Shown here: piece after piece, positions 9,072 through 17,822 of the stretch
Numbering within the stretch: position 1 is the stretch's first letter
Layout: every line of letters starts with the position of its first letter
Assembly: GCA_049282095.1 (NCBI GenBank)
Contig: JBAPTI010000035.1
Span: forward strand, 11,927 to 75,926
DNA from: Chthoniobacterales bacterium
GTDB lineage: Bacteria; Verrucomicrobiota; Verrucomicrobiia; Chthoniobacterales; UBA6821
Direction: 5' to 3'
DNA length: 64,000 nucleotides
The notes under the pieces: model-generated
What the model was told of the DNA's origin: nothing
Databases searched by the model: none
Seen by the model: only the letters and a program-made list of their open reading frames with translations
Made by a program: the position numbers and the translations under genes

Positions 9072-10022
9072 ATGGAAACCGCAAGCGATCCCGTGCCTCC
9101 CCCGATCCACTCCCAGACCTATCCCCTGACGATGGAGCAGGCTGACAGGCTCAGGGAGGTGCTCCGGGAGAGGGGTTTCACCTTCTCGGAGAAGCCTTAC
9201 ACGCTCTACGCCGCGACGAAGGAGAAGCTCAACGTAGCCGTCTATGAGAAAGGGCCCAAGGTTCTGATCCAGGGAAAGGGACTGGAGGATTTCATCACCT
9301 TCGTCATGGAGCCGGAGATCCTCGGCGAGGCCCGTCTCGGGTACGAGGAGGTTCATGAACCGGAGCAGTTTGAGCCTCATTTCGGCGTGGATGAGAGCGG
9401 CAAGGGGGATCTCTTCGGGCCGCTCGTGATCGCCGGGGTTTATGTGGATGGCGATCTCGCGAGGCATCTGCGCGACGCCGGCATCCGTGACAGCAAGGGA
9501 ATCGGAACGGACAGAAAAATCCGCGATCTGGCGGAAGTCATCCGCAAGTCGGGTGCTCCTTCCGAGCTGATCGTCATCGGTCCGGAAAAATACAACCAGC
9601 TCTACCGTTCCATCGGAAATCTCAACCGCCTTCTGGCCTGGGGCCATGCGCGCATCATCGAGAATCTCTGCGCTCGGGTTCCGGGTTGCCCGCGCGCCCT
9701 CTCCGACAAGTTCGCCGATGCCCGTGTCCTGCAGAAGGCCCTTCTGGAGAACGGCCGCAAGATCCGTCTCGACCAGCGCACCAAGGCGGAGAGCGACTAT
9801 GCGGTGGCGGCCGCCTCCATCCTTGCCCGCGAGGGATTCATCAACTGGCTCGACAAACATGGTGAAGAGCTTGGCGTGGAACTGGCCAAGGGGGTCTCGC
9901 CCAAGGTGAAGGCCGCCGCCGCGGAGATCATCGCCCAATACGGCCCGACCATGCTGCCGAAGGTGGCGAAAATGCACTTCAAGACGGCCGCGGAGGTGCT
10001 GACTGCCGCCGGAACCCTATGA
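9072..10022 (+). CDS. rnhC: ribonuclease HIII
   Basis: Catalytic block FGVDESGKGDLFGPLVIAGV preceded by an ~85-aa N-terminal domain (HIII architecture). First ATG at 9072 (track start is TTG 9069). Confidence 0.8.
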   Translation: METASDPVPPPIHSQTYPLTMEQADRLREVLRERGFTFSEKPYTLYAATKEKLNVAVYEKGPKVLIQGKGLEDFITFVMEPEILGEARLGYEEVHEPEQFEPHFGVDESGKGDLFGPLVIAGVYVDGDLARHLRDAGIRDSKGIGTDRKIRDLAEVIRKSGAPSELIVIGPEKYNQLYRSIGNLNRLLAWGHARIIENLCARVPGCPRALSDKFADARVLQKALLENGRKIRLDQRTKAESDYAVAAASILAREGFINWLDKHGEELGVELAKGVSPKVKAAAAEIIAQYGPTMLPKVAKMHFKTAAEVLTAAGTL

Positions 10023-11077
10023 ACGCACGCATCCACGATGTGGCGGTGATCGGTGCCGGTATCAGCGGGCTTGCAGCTGCCGGGCGACTCCGCGAGGAGG
10101 GCCTCCAGGTTGTCGTGCTTGAAAAAAGCAGGGGCGTCGGCGGGCGTGCCGCCACGCGGCGCCTGGAAATCGCTCCCGGGGTGCAGGTGCCGGTGGACCA
10201 TGGCGCCCAGTTCTTCACCGCCCGTGACATCCGTTTTCAGCGACAGGTCGAGCGGTGGCAGGAGGAGGGAATCTGCTTCCCGTGGTCTGAGGGATTCTGG
10301 ACATGGAAGGAGGGATCGCTTCACGCCCCCGACCCCCAATGGAACGAAACCCGCTATGCCTGCCGCGAGGGGATGAGCCGCCTTGGCAAGCATCTTGCCG
10401 AGGGAATCGAGGTGATCAGAGAATTCCAGGTCGCCTCCGTGGCTCGGGAAGATGACCATTGGGCGCTGGCGGCCATGCCGGAACATCCTGCGGCACCCGT
10501 GGCGGCCCGTGCCCTGTTCCTCTCCGCGCCGCCCCCTCAGGCGCTCAAACTTGCGGGGGAATATCTCTCCGCCGAGCAGCGGGCGCTCGTGGAACGGATC
10601 TCCTGCGAGCCCTGCGTTGCTGTCATTGCCCGCTATCCCGGGGAGACCGGGCCTCCTCCCTGGCGAGGTATCCAGGTGAGGGATCCCGAGTCCAAGCTCT
10701 CATGGATGGCCTGGGATTCCTCCCGGCGGGCAAAGACCCTCTCCACCGCGGGGATCGCCGTCCTACACGGATCGGCGGTCTTCAGCCGCAGGTGGCTTGA
10801 TGCATCCAAGGAGGAACTCACCATGGCGGGCAGGGAGTTGCTGGATGAGGCGGCGATGATAGGCGGCTCATGGATGGGATCGCCTCTGGAGTTTGCTGTT
10901 CATCGCTGGCGTTACGCCCATTCGGAGGGGCCCAATGCCCCCGGTGGATTCCTCAGAGCTGACACAGCAAGCCCTCTTTATCTCATCGGTGACGGGCTCA
11001 ACGGCGGACGGGTGGAGGGCGCTTGGCTCTCCGGAATCGCGGCCGCCGAGGACTTCCTGATCAGTTCTTCACGCTAG
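10019..11077 (+). CDS. NAD(P)/FAD-dependent oxidoreductase (renalase-like)
   Basis: N-terminal dinucleotide fold DVAVIGAGISGLAAAGRL..VVVLEKSRGVGGR. ATGA start/stop overlap with rnhC. Confidence 0.7.
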   Translation: MNARIHDVAVIGAGISGLAAAGRLREEGLQVVVLEKSRGVGGRAATRRLEIAPGVQVPVDHGAQFFTARDIRFQRQVERWQEEGICFPWSEGFWTWKEGSLHAPDPQWNETRYACREGMSRLGKHLAEGIEVIREFQVASVAREDDHWALAAMPEHPAAPVAARALFLSAPPPQALKLAGEYLSAEQRALVERISCEPCVAVIARYPGETGPPPWRGIQVRDPESKLSWMAWDSSRRAKTLSTAGIAVLHGSAVFSRRWLDASKEELTMAGRELLDEAAMIGGSWMGSPLEFAVHRWRYAHSEGPNAPGGFLRADTASPLYLIGDGLNGGRVEGAWLSGIAAAEDFLISSSR

Positions 11078-11932
11078 GGAGCCGCTGCGCCGGGACTCAC
11101 GCCATGTTCCCGGGGTGGTTCCCATGGCGGCGAGGAAGCGGCGGTGAAAATGAGAGAGGTCGTTGTAGCCGCACTCGAAGGCGATCGACTTGATGGGCAG
11201 GGATGTCTCAATGAGAAGGCGCGAGGCGTGGGCGAGTCGAAGCTCATGGATCCGGTCAAGCCAGGTGGTGCCGAAGAGCCGGTGGAACCGCGATGAGAAG
11301 TTCCTCCTGCTGATCCCCAGCCTCGCGGCGACACGGTCCATGCTCTCCCCGACCCAGAAGGAGTGTTCGAGTTCGCGGCCGTATGCCAGGACACGCGCCT
11401 CCGCCCCGGTCTCCGTCGTCGAGTCTGCGCTGGAGCGCGCGAGGGCGACCAGGAGCTGCATGGCAAGGGCCAGCGAGAGTTCCTCGGAGCAGGGGCCGGG
11501 ATTGCGTTTTTCAAACAGGATCTGCCGAAGCATGGCGAGCGATCTCTCAACCAGCATGCTTTCGTCCAGAAAACGGATATGACCCAGGGAGTGATCCAGA
11601 AGTCCCGTTCCTGGAAAAACCGAGGGCCTGAGACAGAGCAGATAGAGCGTCATGGGGCTGCCCGTGGCGTCGACAAAGCGGTGCTCGGTCCCTCGCGGGA
11701 CGGAGAGAATCATCGGGGCGGCGATTGAGGTGATTTCCGCCCCGACATCCCTTGTCTGAAAGGAGCCCTTGCCTTCCAGTACCAGAACCAGCTTGTAGAA
11801 ATCGTCACGCCTCCACTCCATGAAAAACCCCTCGCCGTGATGGCTTTCGATGAGTGCCAGTCCGGGTCCCGAAAATTGCGGCTTTAACGGGCCGGTGACG
11901 CCTGAACCCTTTGACGCACGGGTGGTTCGCAT
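11069..11932 (-). CDS. AraC-family transcriptional regulator (cupin + HTH)
   Basis: C-terminal AraC HTH (IAFECGYNDLSHFHRRF) and N-terminal cupin-like region. Track ORF extends to 12286, but an ATG at 11932 gives a typical 287-aa protein and leaves a divergent promoter region. Confidence 0.75.
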   Translation of the reverse strand: MRTTRASKGSGVTGPLKPQFSGPGLALIESHHGEGFFMEWRRDDFYKLVLVLEGKGSFQTRDVGAEITSIAAPMILSVPRGTEHRFVDATGSPMTLYLLCLRPSVFPGTGLLDHSLGHIRFLDESMLVERSLAMLRQILFEKRNPGPCSEELSLALAMQLLVALARSSADSTTETGAEARVLAYGRELEHSFWVGESMDRVAARLGISRRNFSSRFHRLFGTTWLDRIHELRLAHASRLLIETSLPIKSIAFECGYNDLSHFHRRFLAAMGTTPGTWRESRRSGSLA

Positions 11933-12035
11933 GACCGAAGATCCACAAATATGCCCGATCTGCAAATTCTCTTTTCTGGTTCCGAGACAAAGCGGGATCA
12001 GCATCGGAGGGAGCAAAAGCGCTACCTCAGAGCCA

Positions 12036-13106
12036 ATGAAATCATCCGCAACGCCCGAATTGCCCACCAGTCCGTCGGTCCTCACGGAGGATCTCCCCTT
12101 CAAGTTGCTCCGATCGACCTGGCAACCCGTCATCAATGCCTCGGATCTGCCGCCGGGCAAGGTCTCGGGGGTGACGCTACTGGGGGAGCGTCTGGTGGTG
12201 GCCCGTTTCCCGGACGGTTCCCTGCTGGCCGCGCCGAACGCCTGTCCCCACAAGGGGTTTGACCTGAGCAAAAGCTCGATTTGCAACGGGGTTCTGCAGT
12301 GCGGTTACCACGGCTGGCGCTTCAACAGCTCCGGGGAATGCCAGGACATCCCCTCGCTCGTCAATCCCCCCGCGAACAAACTCGAACTCTCGCACCTCCG
12401 GAACTTCGCCGTGAAGGAACGCTACGGGATGATCTGGGTGCGCCTCGACGAGCATGAGTCGGTGCCCCTGCCCGAGGTGCCCGAGTTCGAGGATCCTAAT
12501 TGGACCTTCGTCGTGGCCCCGCCGATGCGCTTTGCGGCCGGTTTCCGTCGCGAGATCGAAAACTACCTCGACATGACCCACTTCGCCTTTGCCCACAAGA
12601 CGACCCTCGGGGTGGCGGCCAAGCCGGTTGTCCCTCCAATGCACATCGAGGAATACCGGGATGGTTTTCTCATGGACGCTCCCTTTCCAGCACTGGAGGG
12701 CCCCCATGACCAACCGGGCAAACTCCAGCAGGCCCATCGCAGGCGCCAGCGTTGCCATCTCCCCAATTTTACGACGATCCGGCAGAGCTTCGAGGATGGT
12801 GATGAGCGCGTGCTGGTGCACATTCCCAGCCCGGTCGGTCCCGGGGAATGCAATGTCTTTTGGGCGCTGGCCATCTCGCCCGGCTTTCGCGGCCCGTCTC
12901 CCGAATCGCAGATGGAATTCGCCACGGCTGTTCTCAACGAGGATCGCGAAATGTGCGAGAACCAGATTCCACACGAAGTCCCGGTGACTCCGGCCAAGGG
13001 TGGATGGGGCGTGCTGGTGACCCCCGGTGATACCCTTGCCAACACCTTCCAGAAAACATTCCGCCGATGGCTAATCGACACGGCGGGCACATCCCCGCTC
13101 TCATAG
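12036..13106 (+). CDS. Rieske [2Fe-2S] non-heme-iron oxygenase, alpha-subunit type (PaO/VanA-like)
   Basis: Rieske ligands CPHKGFDL...CGYHGWRF and downstream DMTHFAFAHKTTLG. ATG at 12036 (MKSSATPE) preferred over track start 11850. Confidence 0.8.
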   Translation: MKSSATPELPTSPSVLTEDLPFKLLRSTWQPVINASDLPPGKVSGVTLLGERLVVARFPDGSLLAAPNACPHKGFDLSKSSICNGVLQCGYHGWRFNSSGECQDIPSLVNPPANKLELSHLRNFAVKERYGMIWVRLDEHESVPLPEVPEFEDPNWTFVVAPPMRFAAGFRREIENYLDMTHFAFAHKTTLGVAAKPVVPPMHIEEYRDGFLMDAPFPALEGPHDQPGKLQQAHRRRQRCHLPNFTTIRQSFEDGDERVLVHIPSPVGPGECNVFWALAISPGFRGPSPESQMEFATAVLNEDREMCENQIPHEVPVTPAKGGWGVLVTPGDTLANTFQKTFRRWLIDTAGTSPLS

Positions 13107-13148
13107 ACGCACCCTGAAACCTCCCGCTGAATCAAATCAACCCAATCC

Positions 13149-14168
13149 ATGAACACCACCATCCCCACCTCCCCCGAGATCCTCACCACCACCGTCGGCT
13201 CCTACTCCCCGATCGACTGGCTTGCCGCGCTCCCCAGTGAGCAGGCCGTCCTTGATGCCACCGAAGTGGTCATCAGCACGCAGCGCCGCGCAGGGATCGA
13301 TCTGCCCACCGACGGGGAACTCTACCGCTTCGACGTGAATCATCCCGACACCAACGGGATGATCGAGTATTTCATCTCGCGCATGGGTGGCATCTCCACG
13401 GCCGTGGGACTCACGGATGCGAAGGCCTTCCGTGCCAAGCAGGAGATGAGCTTCCGCCGCAAGCCGGCTGGAGTCGTCCGGGGCCCCATTTCTGAGGGAG
13501 TGCTCGACCTGCAGGAGGACTGCGCCCGTTCCGCCTCCGTCGCCGGAGGTTCCTTCAAGTTCACGCTCACCAGCCCCTACATGCTGGCCCGCACGCTTCT
13601 GGACACCCACTACGGGAATTTTGAGGAACTGACGATGGCCATCGCCGATGTTCTGGCCGCCCAGGTGGGGGATCTTCCCGCGGCGTGCATCCAGGTCGAC
13701 GAGGCCAACATTCCCGGAAGCCCCGAGGGAGCCCCCGTCGCGCAGGCCGCCATCAACCGCATCCTCGACGCCGTGCGCGTGGAGAAGTCCGTCCACTTCT
13801 GCTTCGGCAACTACGGTGGGCAGACCATCCAGAAGGGGGAATGGAGCGCCCTCCTAAAATTCCTCAACGGCCTGCACGCCGATCATCTCGTGCTGGAACT
13901 GGCACACCGTCCCGAGTCGGATCTCGAGGTCCTCGCGGAGATTGATCCGCGCATCAAGCTGGGAATCGGAGTGATCGATATCAAGGTGAACCATGTCGAG
14001 ACGCCCGACGAGGTGGCGGCCCGGATCGAGCGCGCCGTCAAAAAGGCGGGTCCCGGACGGATCAAATGGGTGCATCCCGACTGCGGCTTCTGGATGCTCA
14101 AGCGTTCCGTCGCCGACCGCAAGATCGAGGCCCTTGTCAAGGGACGCGATAGGTATCTCGGACGCTAG
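13149..14168 (+). CDS. cobalamin-independent methionine-synthase-like (MetE C-terminal domain family) protein
   Basis: 339 aa with TTTVGSYSPIDWL, GIDLPTDGELYRFD and candidate zinc-ligand blocks VHFCFGNYGG and WVHPDCGFWML. 42 nt downstream of the Rieske gene. Confidence 0.75.
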   Translation: MNTTIPTSPEILTTTVGSYSPIDWLAALPSEQAVLDATEVVISTQRRAGIDLPTDGELYRFDVNHPDTNGMIEYFISRMGGISTAVGLTDAKAFRAKQEMSFRRKPAGVVRGPISEGVLDLQEDCARSASVAGGSFKFTLTSPYMLARTLLDTHYGNFEELTMAIADVLAAQVGDLPAACIQVDEANIPGSPEGAPVAQAAINRILDAVRVEKSVHFCFGNYGGQTIQKGEWSALLKFLNGLHADHLVLELAHRPESDLEVLAEIDPRIKLGIGVIDIKVNHVETPDEVAARIERAVKKAGPGRIKWVHPDCGFWMLKRSVADRKIEALVKGRDRYLGR

Positions 14169-14443
14169 GGAAGCGCTGATTAAATCCCATGATGGCCGCT
14201 GAAGAGCATTTGCTGATTTTTGAAGGCGCGAGCGCTGGGCGATACCCGCAGCGGTCTCGCCCGAGCGAGCAACGCCACAAAAATCGACAAATGGCTTCAG
14301 CCCTGCGGGTTGCGGTGATAACAGGCCGGGGGCTGTGTTGGCTTGGCACTTACAGCCCGCTGAGGGGATGCTCGTGCCAAGCCGCCTTGCCCGCGGCCAG
14401 TTCTTCCCGCAACGGCCTCTATGCGATTTAATCAGCGCTTCCC
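14168..14443 (+). mobile_element. 276-bp MITE-like element, copy A, flanked by TA/TA
   Basis: Perfect 19-nt terminal inverted repeats GGGAAGCGCTGATTAAATC (14168-14186) / GATTTAATCAGCGCTTCCC (14425-14443). TA at 14166-14167 and 14444-14445. Near-identical inverted copy at 55251-55526. Confidence 0.8.
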
Positions 14444-14471
14444 TAAGGCAGAAGAATCAGAGAAAATTTCC

Positions 14472-14497
14472 CCGCAGAGGCGCTGAGACGCAGAGAG
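14472..14497. repeat. CGCAGAG-word repeat (family also at 49212-49402 and 59047-59073)
   Basis: CCGCAGAGGCGCTGAGACGCAGAGAGG shares the GCAGAG/GCGC words with the other two loci. Confidence 0.5.
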
Positions 14498-14615
14498 GTT
14501 AACAGGGATGAAGGGACGGGATGAACCAGATTGGCAAAAATCTTCCCGCACCGTCTTATTTCCTGAGTTCCTGCTTTCCAGATTATCCTCTGCATCACCT
14601 CTTCACCCATCCGAA

Positions 14616-15044
14616 TCAGCGAGACGCGCTTTGTTCGAAGGGATTGATGACCAGAATGCCGTCGTAGTCCTGACCGTTGCTGAAATCCTCCGAGATCAGC
14701 TCCCTTGCTCCACTCGCGCGCGCAGCGGCCAGGATCATCGCATCCCAGAGGGAAAGCTGCCATCTGGACTTCTGCACCAGCCCCGCATGGAGCAGCGGCA
14801 AGGTATTCTCAACAATCGGCCACATGCTGAAATCCTGCATCACCGCATGGATCTCCTCCTTCGCGATGCCCTTGCGCTCCATGTTCACATGCAGTTCCTG
14901 CAGGACCTGCACACTGATGGCTGTCTCACCCAAGGAATGCCATCCCTCCTCGACGATCCCAAGAGCCACTTCTCGTTTATGAGGTGCGTCCAGATCGTAC
15001 GCATAGAGGAGGATGTTGGTATCGAGAAATCTAACGGCGTGCAT
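14616..15044 (-). CDS. vapC: type II toxin, PIN-domain VapC
   Basis: MHAVRFLDTNILLYAYD N-terminus (PIN acidic D). ATG at 15044 overlaps the antitoxin stop by 14 nt. Confidence 0.8.
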   Translation of the reverse strand: MHAVRFLDTNILLYAYDLDAPHKREVALGIVEEGWHSLGETAISVQVLQELHVNMERKGIAKEEIHAVMQDFSMWPIVENTLPLLHAGLVQKSRWQLSLWDAMILAAARASGARELISEDFSNGQDYDGILVINPFEQSASR

Positions 15045-15255
15045 GGATCTCCTCCCGAGCAAGAGGTGTAGCCCTGAGGTTCATCCCCTTCCTGAGACGG
15101 GCGATGGCATGCTCTCGTCCTTGATGTTCCGTGGAGATGCCAAGCACATGATCGAGGCCCGAAAGAACGAGTTCCTTCAGAGTGGTGCGGCGTTGGGCGG
15201 CAACAATCTTGGCCCGATGCAGAATATCCTCGGGAAGATCAATGGTTGTTTTCAT
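15031..15255 (-). CDS. vapB: type II antitoxin VapB-like
   Basis: 74 aa, MKTTIDLPEDILHRAKIVAAQRRTTLKELV. ATG at 15255 preferred over track start 15303; immediately upstream of and overlapping vapC. Confidence 0.7.
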   Translation of the reverse strand: MKTTIDLPEDILHRAKIVAAQRRTTLKELVLSGLDHVLGISTEHQGREHAIARLRKGMNLRATPLAREEIHARR

Positions 15256-15373
15256 GCCATCATTATACAGCAGTATGGCCGTATAGCAATATCTCTTGAT
15301 CAAACCAAGTGGTAGCTTCCATCAGCGTCTCTTTCTGTCGTCGGGTCCAGATGCCCGTGGTAGATAAATCTGC

Positions 15374-16657
15374 ATGAGATTTTCAGAACTCGGAACACGG
15401 CTGGCAGGACAAACCGGCATCAATGCGCTCATGGCCGACCTGGGAGAGGCCTTGGCGGCTTCCGCCGACCCCGCCCCACTGATGCTGGGGGGAGGCAACC
15501 CCGCCCATATCCCCGCGATGGAAAGAGTCTGGGAGGAGCGGATGAGGGAGATCATCTCCGATCCATCAGTACTGCGTCGGACCCTTGCCATCTACGACCC
15601 TCCGCGGGGCAACCCGGGATGCCTTGAGGCCCTGGCCGGACTGCTGAGGAGGGAGTTTGGATGGCCCGTCGGCCCCGAAAACATCGCCGTCACTCCGGGC
15701 GGACAGACCGCCTTTTTCCAACTCTTCAACCTCTTTGGGGGAAAGACGCCCGACGGCGCGGCGGGGGAACAAGGGCGGATCCTCTTCCCTCTCATGCCCG
15801 AGTACATCGGCTACGCGGACCAGTCTCTGGAGAAGGATGCCTTCACCGCACTCAAGCCCCGCATCGAGGTCACCGGACCGCATCGGTTCAAATACGGGAT
15901 CGATTTCGAAAACCTACGCGTCACTCCCGACATCCGGGCTCTCTGCGTCTCCCGCCCCACCAATCCCAGCGGCAATGTCATCACCAACGGGGAGATTAAA
16001 CGCCTCGCCGAACTGGCCGCCCAACACGACATCCCGCTCATCATCGACAACGCCTACGGCTGGCCCTTCCCCGGAATCCTCTTCGACGAGGTCTCCCCCC
16101 TCTGGAGCGACCACACCATCCACGTGATGAGCCTCTCCAAATTCGGACTTCCCGGCACGCGCACCGCCTTTGTCGTCGGCCCTCCCGAGGTGGCCGCCGC
16201 CGTGGCCTCCATGACGGCCGTTACCGGTCTTGCCAATGGCAACTTCGGCCAGGCCATCGCCGGACCGCTGATCGCGAGTGGCGAGATCACCCGTCTGAGC
16301 CGCGACATCATCCGCCCCTACTACCTCGCCAAGAGGGATAAGGCCATGGCCGCCATTGCCGAGTTCTTCCCGGAGGAGGCCCCCTACTCGATCCATGAAA
16401 GCGGAGGGGCCATGTTCCTCTGGCTCTGGGTCAGGGATTCCAAACGAACCTCCAAGGAGATCTACGAATCACTCAAGAAACGCGGCGTGCTCGTCGTGCC
16501 GGGTGAATACTTCTTCTTCGGACTCGAGGATCAGGACTGGCCCCATCGGAAGGAATGCCTCCGCCTCTCCTTCGCCATGGACGACAACGACGTCAGGGAA
16601 GGCATCCGCATCATCGCCCACGAATTATTCGGGGAGTTAACCTCTTTTGATTTTTAA
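15374..16657 (+). CDS. avtA: valine--pyruvate (alanine-valine) aminotransferase
   Basis: Collinear with my recollection of E. coli AvtA: LMLGGGNPAHIP, LFPLMPEYIGYAD, CVSRPTNPSGNVIT, IIDNAYGWPFPGI, PLP-lysine block MSLSKFGLPGTR. Confidence 0.85.
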   Translation: MRFSELGTRLAGQTGINALMADLGEALAASADPAPLMLGGGNPAHIPAMERVWEERMREIISDPSVLRRTLAIYDPPRGNPGCLEALAGLLRREFGWPVGPENIAVTPGGQTAFFQLFNLFGGKTPDGAAGEQGRILFPLMPEYIGYADQSLEKDAFTALKPRIEVTGPHRFKYGIDFENLRVTPDIRALCVSRPTNPSGNVITNGEIKRLAELAAQHDIPLIIDNAYGWPFPGILFDEVSPLWSDHTIHVMSLSKFGLPGTRTAFVVGPPEVAAAVASMTAVTGLANGNFGQAIAGPLIASGEITRLSRDIIRPYYLAKRDKAMAAIAEFFPEEAPYSIHESGGAMFLWLWVRDSKRTSKEIYESLKKRGVLVVPGEYFFFGLEDQDWPHRKECLRLSFAMDDNDVREGIRIIAHELFGELTSFDF

Positions 16658-16683
16658 TCAGGAACTCAAGAACTCAGGAATCA

Positions 16684-16877
16684 ATCCAAGGGAAACTGGT
16701 GCGGCGAAGCCGCAGCCCCAAGCGGCACCACTTGCGGGGAGGCAAGTGACGTCAACTCAGGGAAGAAACAGAAACTCTCGCGCAGAACCAAGCCTGTGGG
16801 AACAGGCGCGGAAGATCCTGCGAAAGCAGGACCCGTAAGGGCGGCACCGTCCGCCGGAAGGCGGATGCCCTCAAACG
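16684..16877 (+). repeat. hairpin-module repeat, locus 1 (one partial + one complete unit)
   Basis: Complete unit 16785-16877: GAACCAAG, CCTGT-GGGA-ACAGG, CGCGGAAGAT, CCTGC-GAAA-GCAGG, CCC-GTAA-GGG, GGCA-CCG-TCCGCC-GGAA-GGCGGA-TGCC, CTCAAACG. Partial unit 16684-16756. Confidence 0.7.
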
Positions 16878-16974
16878 CGGGGGCACAGAGAAGTTTTTGA
16901 ATCAGAACTGAAGCCGGAGGAAGTCGGCAACTAACGCCCTTGACGCGTAATAACATAAGTGGTAACAAGAATCC

Positions 16975-17202
16975 ATGACCCTCTCCCTGAAAGTCCGAAA
17001 AATCGGAAACTCCCTCGGTGTAGTTCTGCCGAAGGAAGCCCTTTCCCATCTCCATGTGGAGGAGGGGGACACCCTGACCCTGACCGAGGCTCAGGACGGA
17101 GTCCGCCTGACCGCCGCTGATCCCACTTTCACCGAGACGATGGAGGTCTTCGAATCCCTGAGCCGCCGCTACCGCAACGCCCTGCGGGAACTGGCCAAAT
17201 AA
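16975..17202 (+). CDS. AbrB/MazE/SpoVT-family antitoxin
   Basis: 75 aa, KVRKIGNSLGVVLPKEAL swapped-hairpin motif; 10 nt upstream of doc. Confidence 0.75.
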   Translation: MTLSLKVRKIGNSLGVVLPKEALSHLHVEEGDTLTLTEAQDGVRLTAADPTFTETMEVFESLSRRYRNALRELAK

Positions 17203-17212
17203 CCCGCGCTCC

Positions 17213-17605
17213 ATGAAGCTGCGATGGATCAGCCGCGAGGTCTGTCTCGCGGTACACGACATGCTTCTCTCCCAATACGGGGGATGTGCAGGCCTTCGTG
17301 ACTCCGGACTGCTCGATTCGGCAATTGCCCGCCCACTCCAGATGCAGGCCTACGGATCCCCTACCACTGCGGAACTCGCCGCCGCCTATGCGACCGGCAT
17401 CATCCGGAACCATCCCTTCCTCGACGGAAACAAACGGACCGGCTTCATGCTCGGATCCGGCTTTCTGGAACTCAACGGAATGGAATTCTTCGCCACCGAG
17501 GCAGATGCCGTGATCAAGACACTGGCCCTCGCCGCCGGGGAACTGACCGAGCAGGCTTATGCGGAATGGCTGGCGAAGAACAGCAGGGCAAAAGCGGGGG
17601 GCTGA
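17213..17605 (+). CDS. doc: Fic/Doc-family death-on-curing toxin
   Basis: Fic motif HPFLDGNKRTG; 130 aa. Confidence 0.85.
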   Translation: MKLRWISREVCLAVHDMLLSQYGGCAGLRDSGLLDSAIARPLQMQAYGSPTTAELAAAYATGIIRNHPFLDGNKRTGFMLGSGFLELNGMEFFATEADAVIKTLALAAGELTEQAYAEWLAKNSRAKAGG

Positions 17606-17822
17606 CAGAGATCCTAGGTTGTGGCCTTCCTCACATCCCGCTGATCGCCTCCTTCATCCGCGTCGTCCTGATGCTCCTCAATGCTCCTCACCCGCCGCAA
17701 GTCACAGGACAATTCCTGCGAGCATTACTCCCCTCTAACGGGTGTTGTCTTCTGCGGACTGATAAGAAAGGGCCTCTCGCGGAGACGCTAATAATGTAGC
17801 CCAAAAAAGAATCTAACTTCTG

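Noticed and set aside
14189-14431. Conserved 80-aa ORF inside both full MITE copies (also 55263-55505 -)
   Set aside because: By my count the differences between the two copies include 7 non-synonymous and 5 synonymous codon changes, so there is no sign of purifying selection. The peptide is Arg/Ala-rich with no recognisable fold, and conservation is explained by the nucleotide-level repeat.
16651-16664. TGATTTTTAATCAGG at the avtA stop, resembling the MITE terminal repeat GATTTAATCAG
   Set aside because: It is a 10-11-nt resemblance without the GGAAGCGC part or a partner repeat, so it is likely chance.
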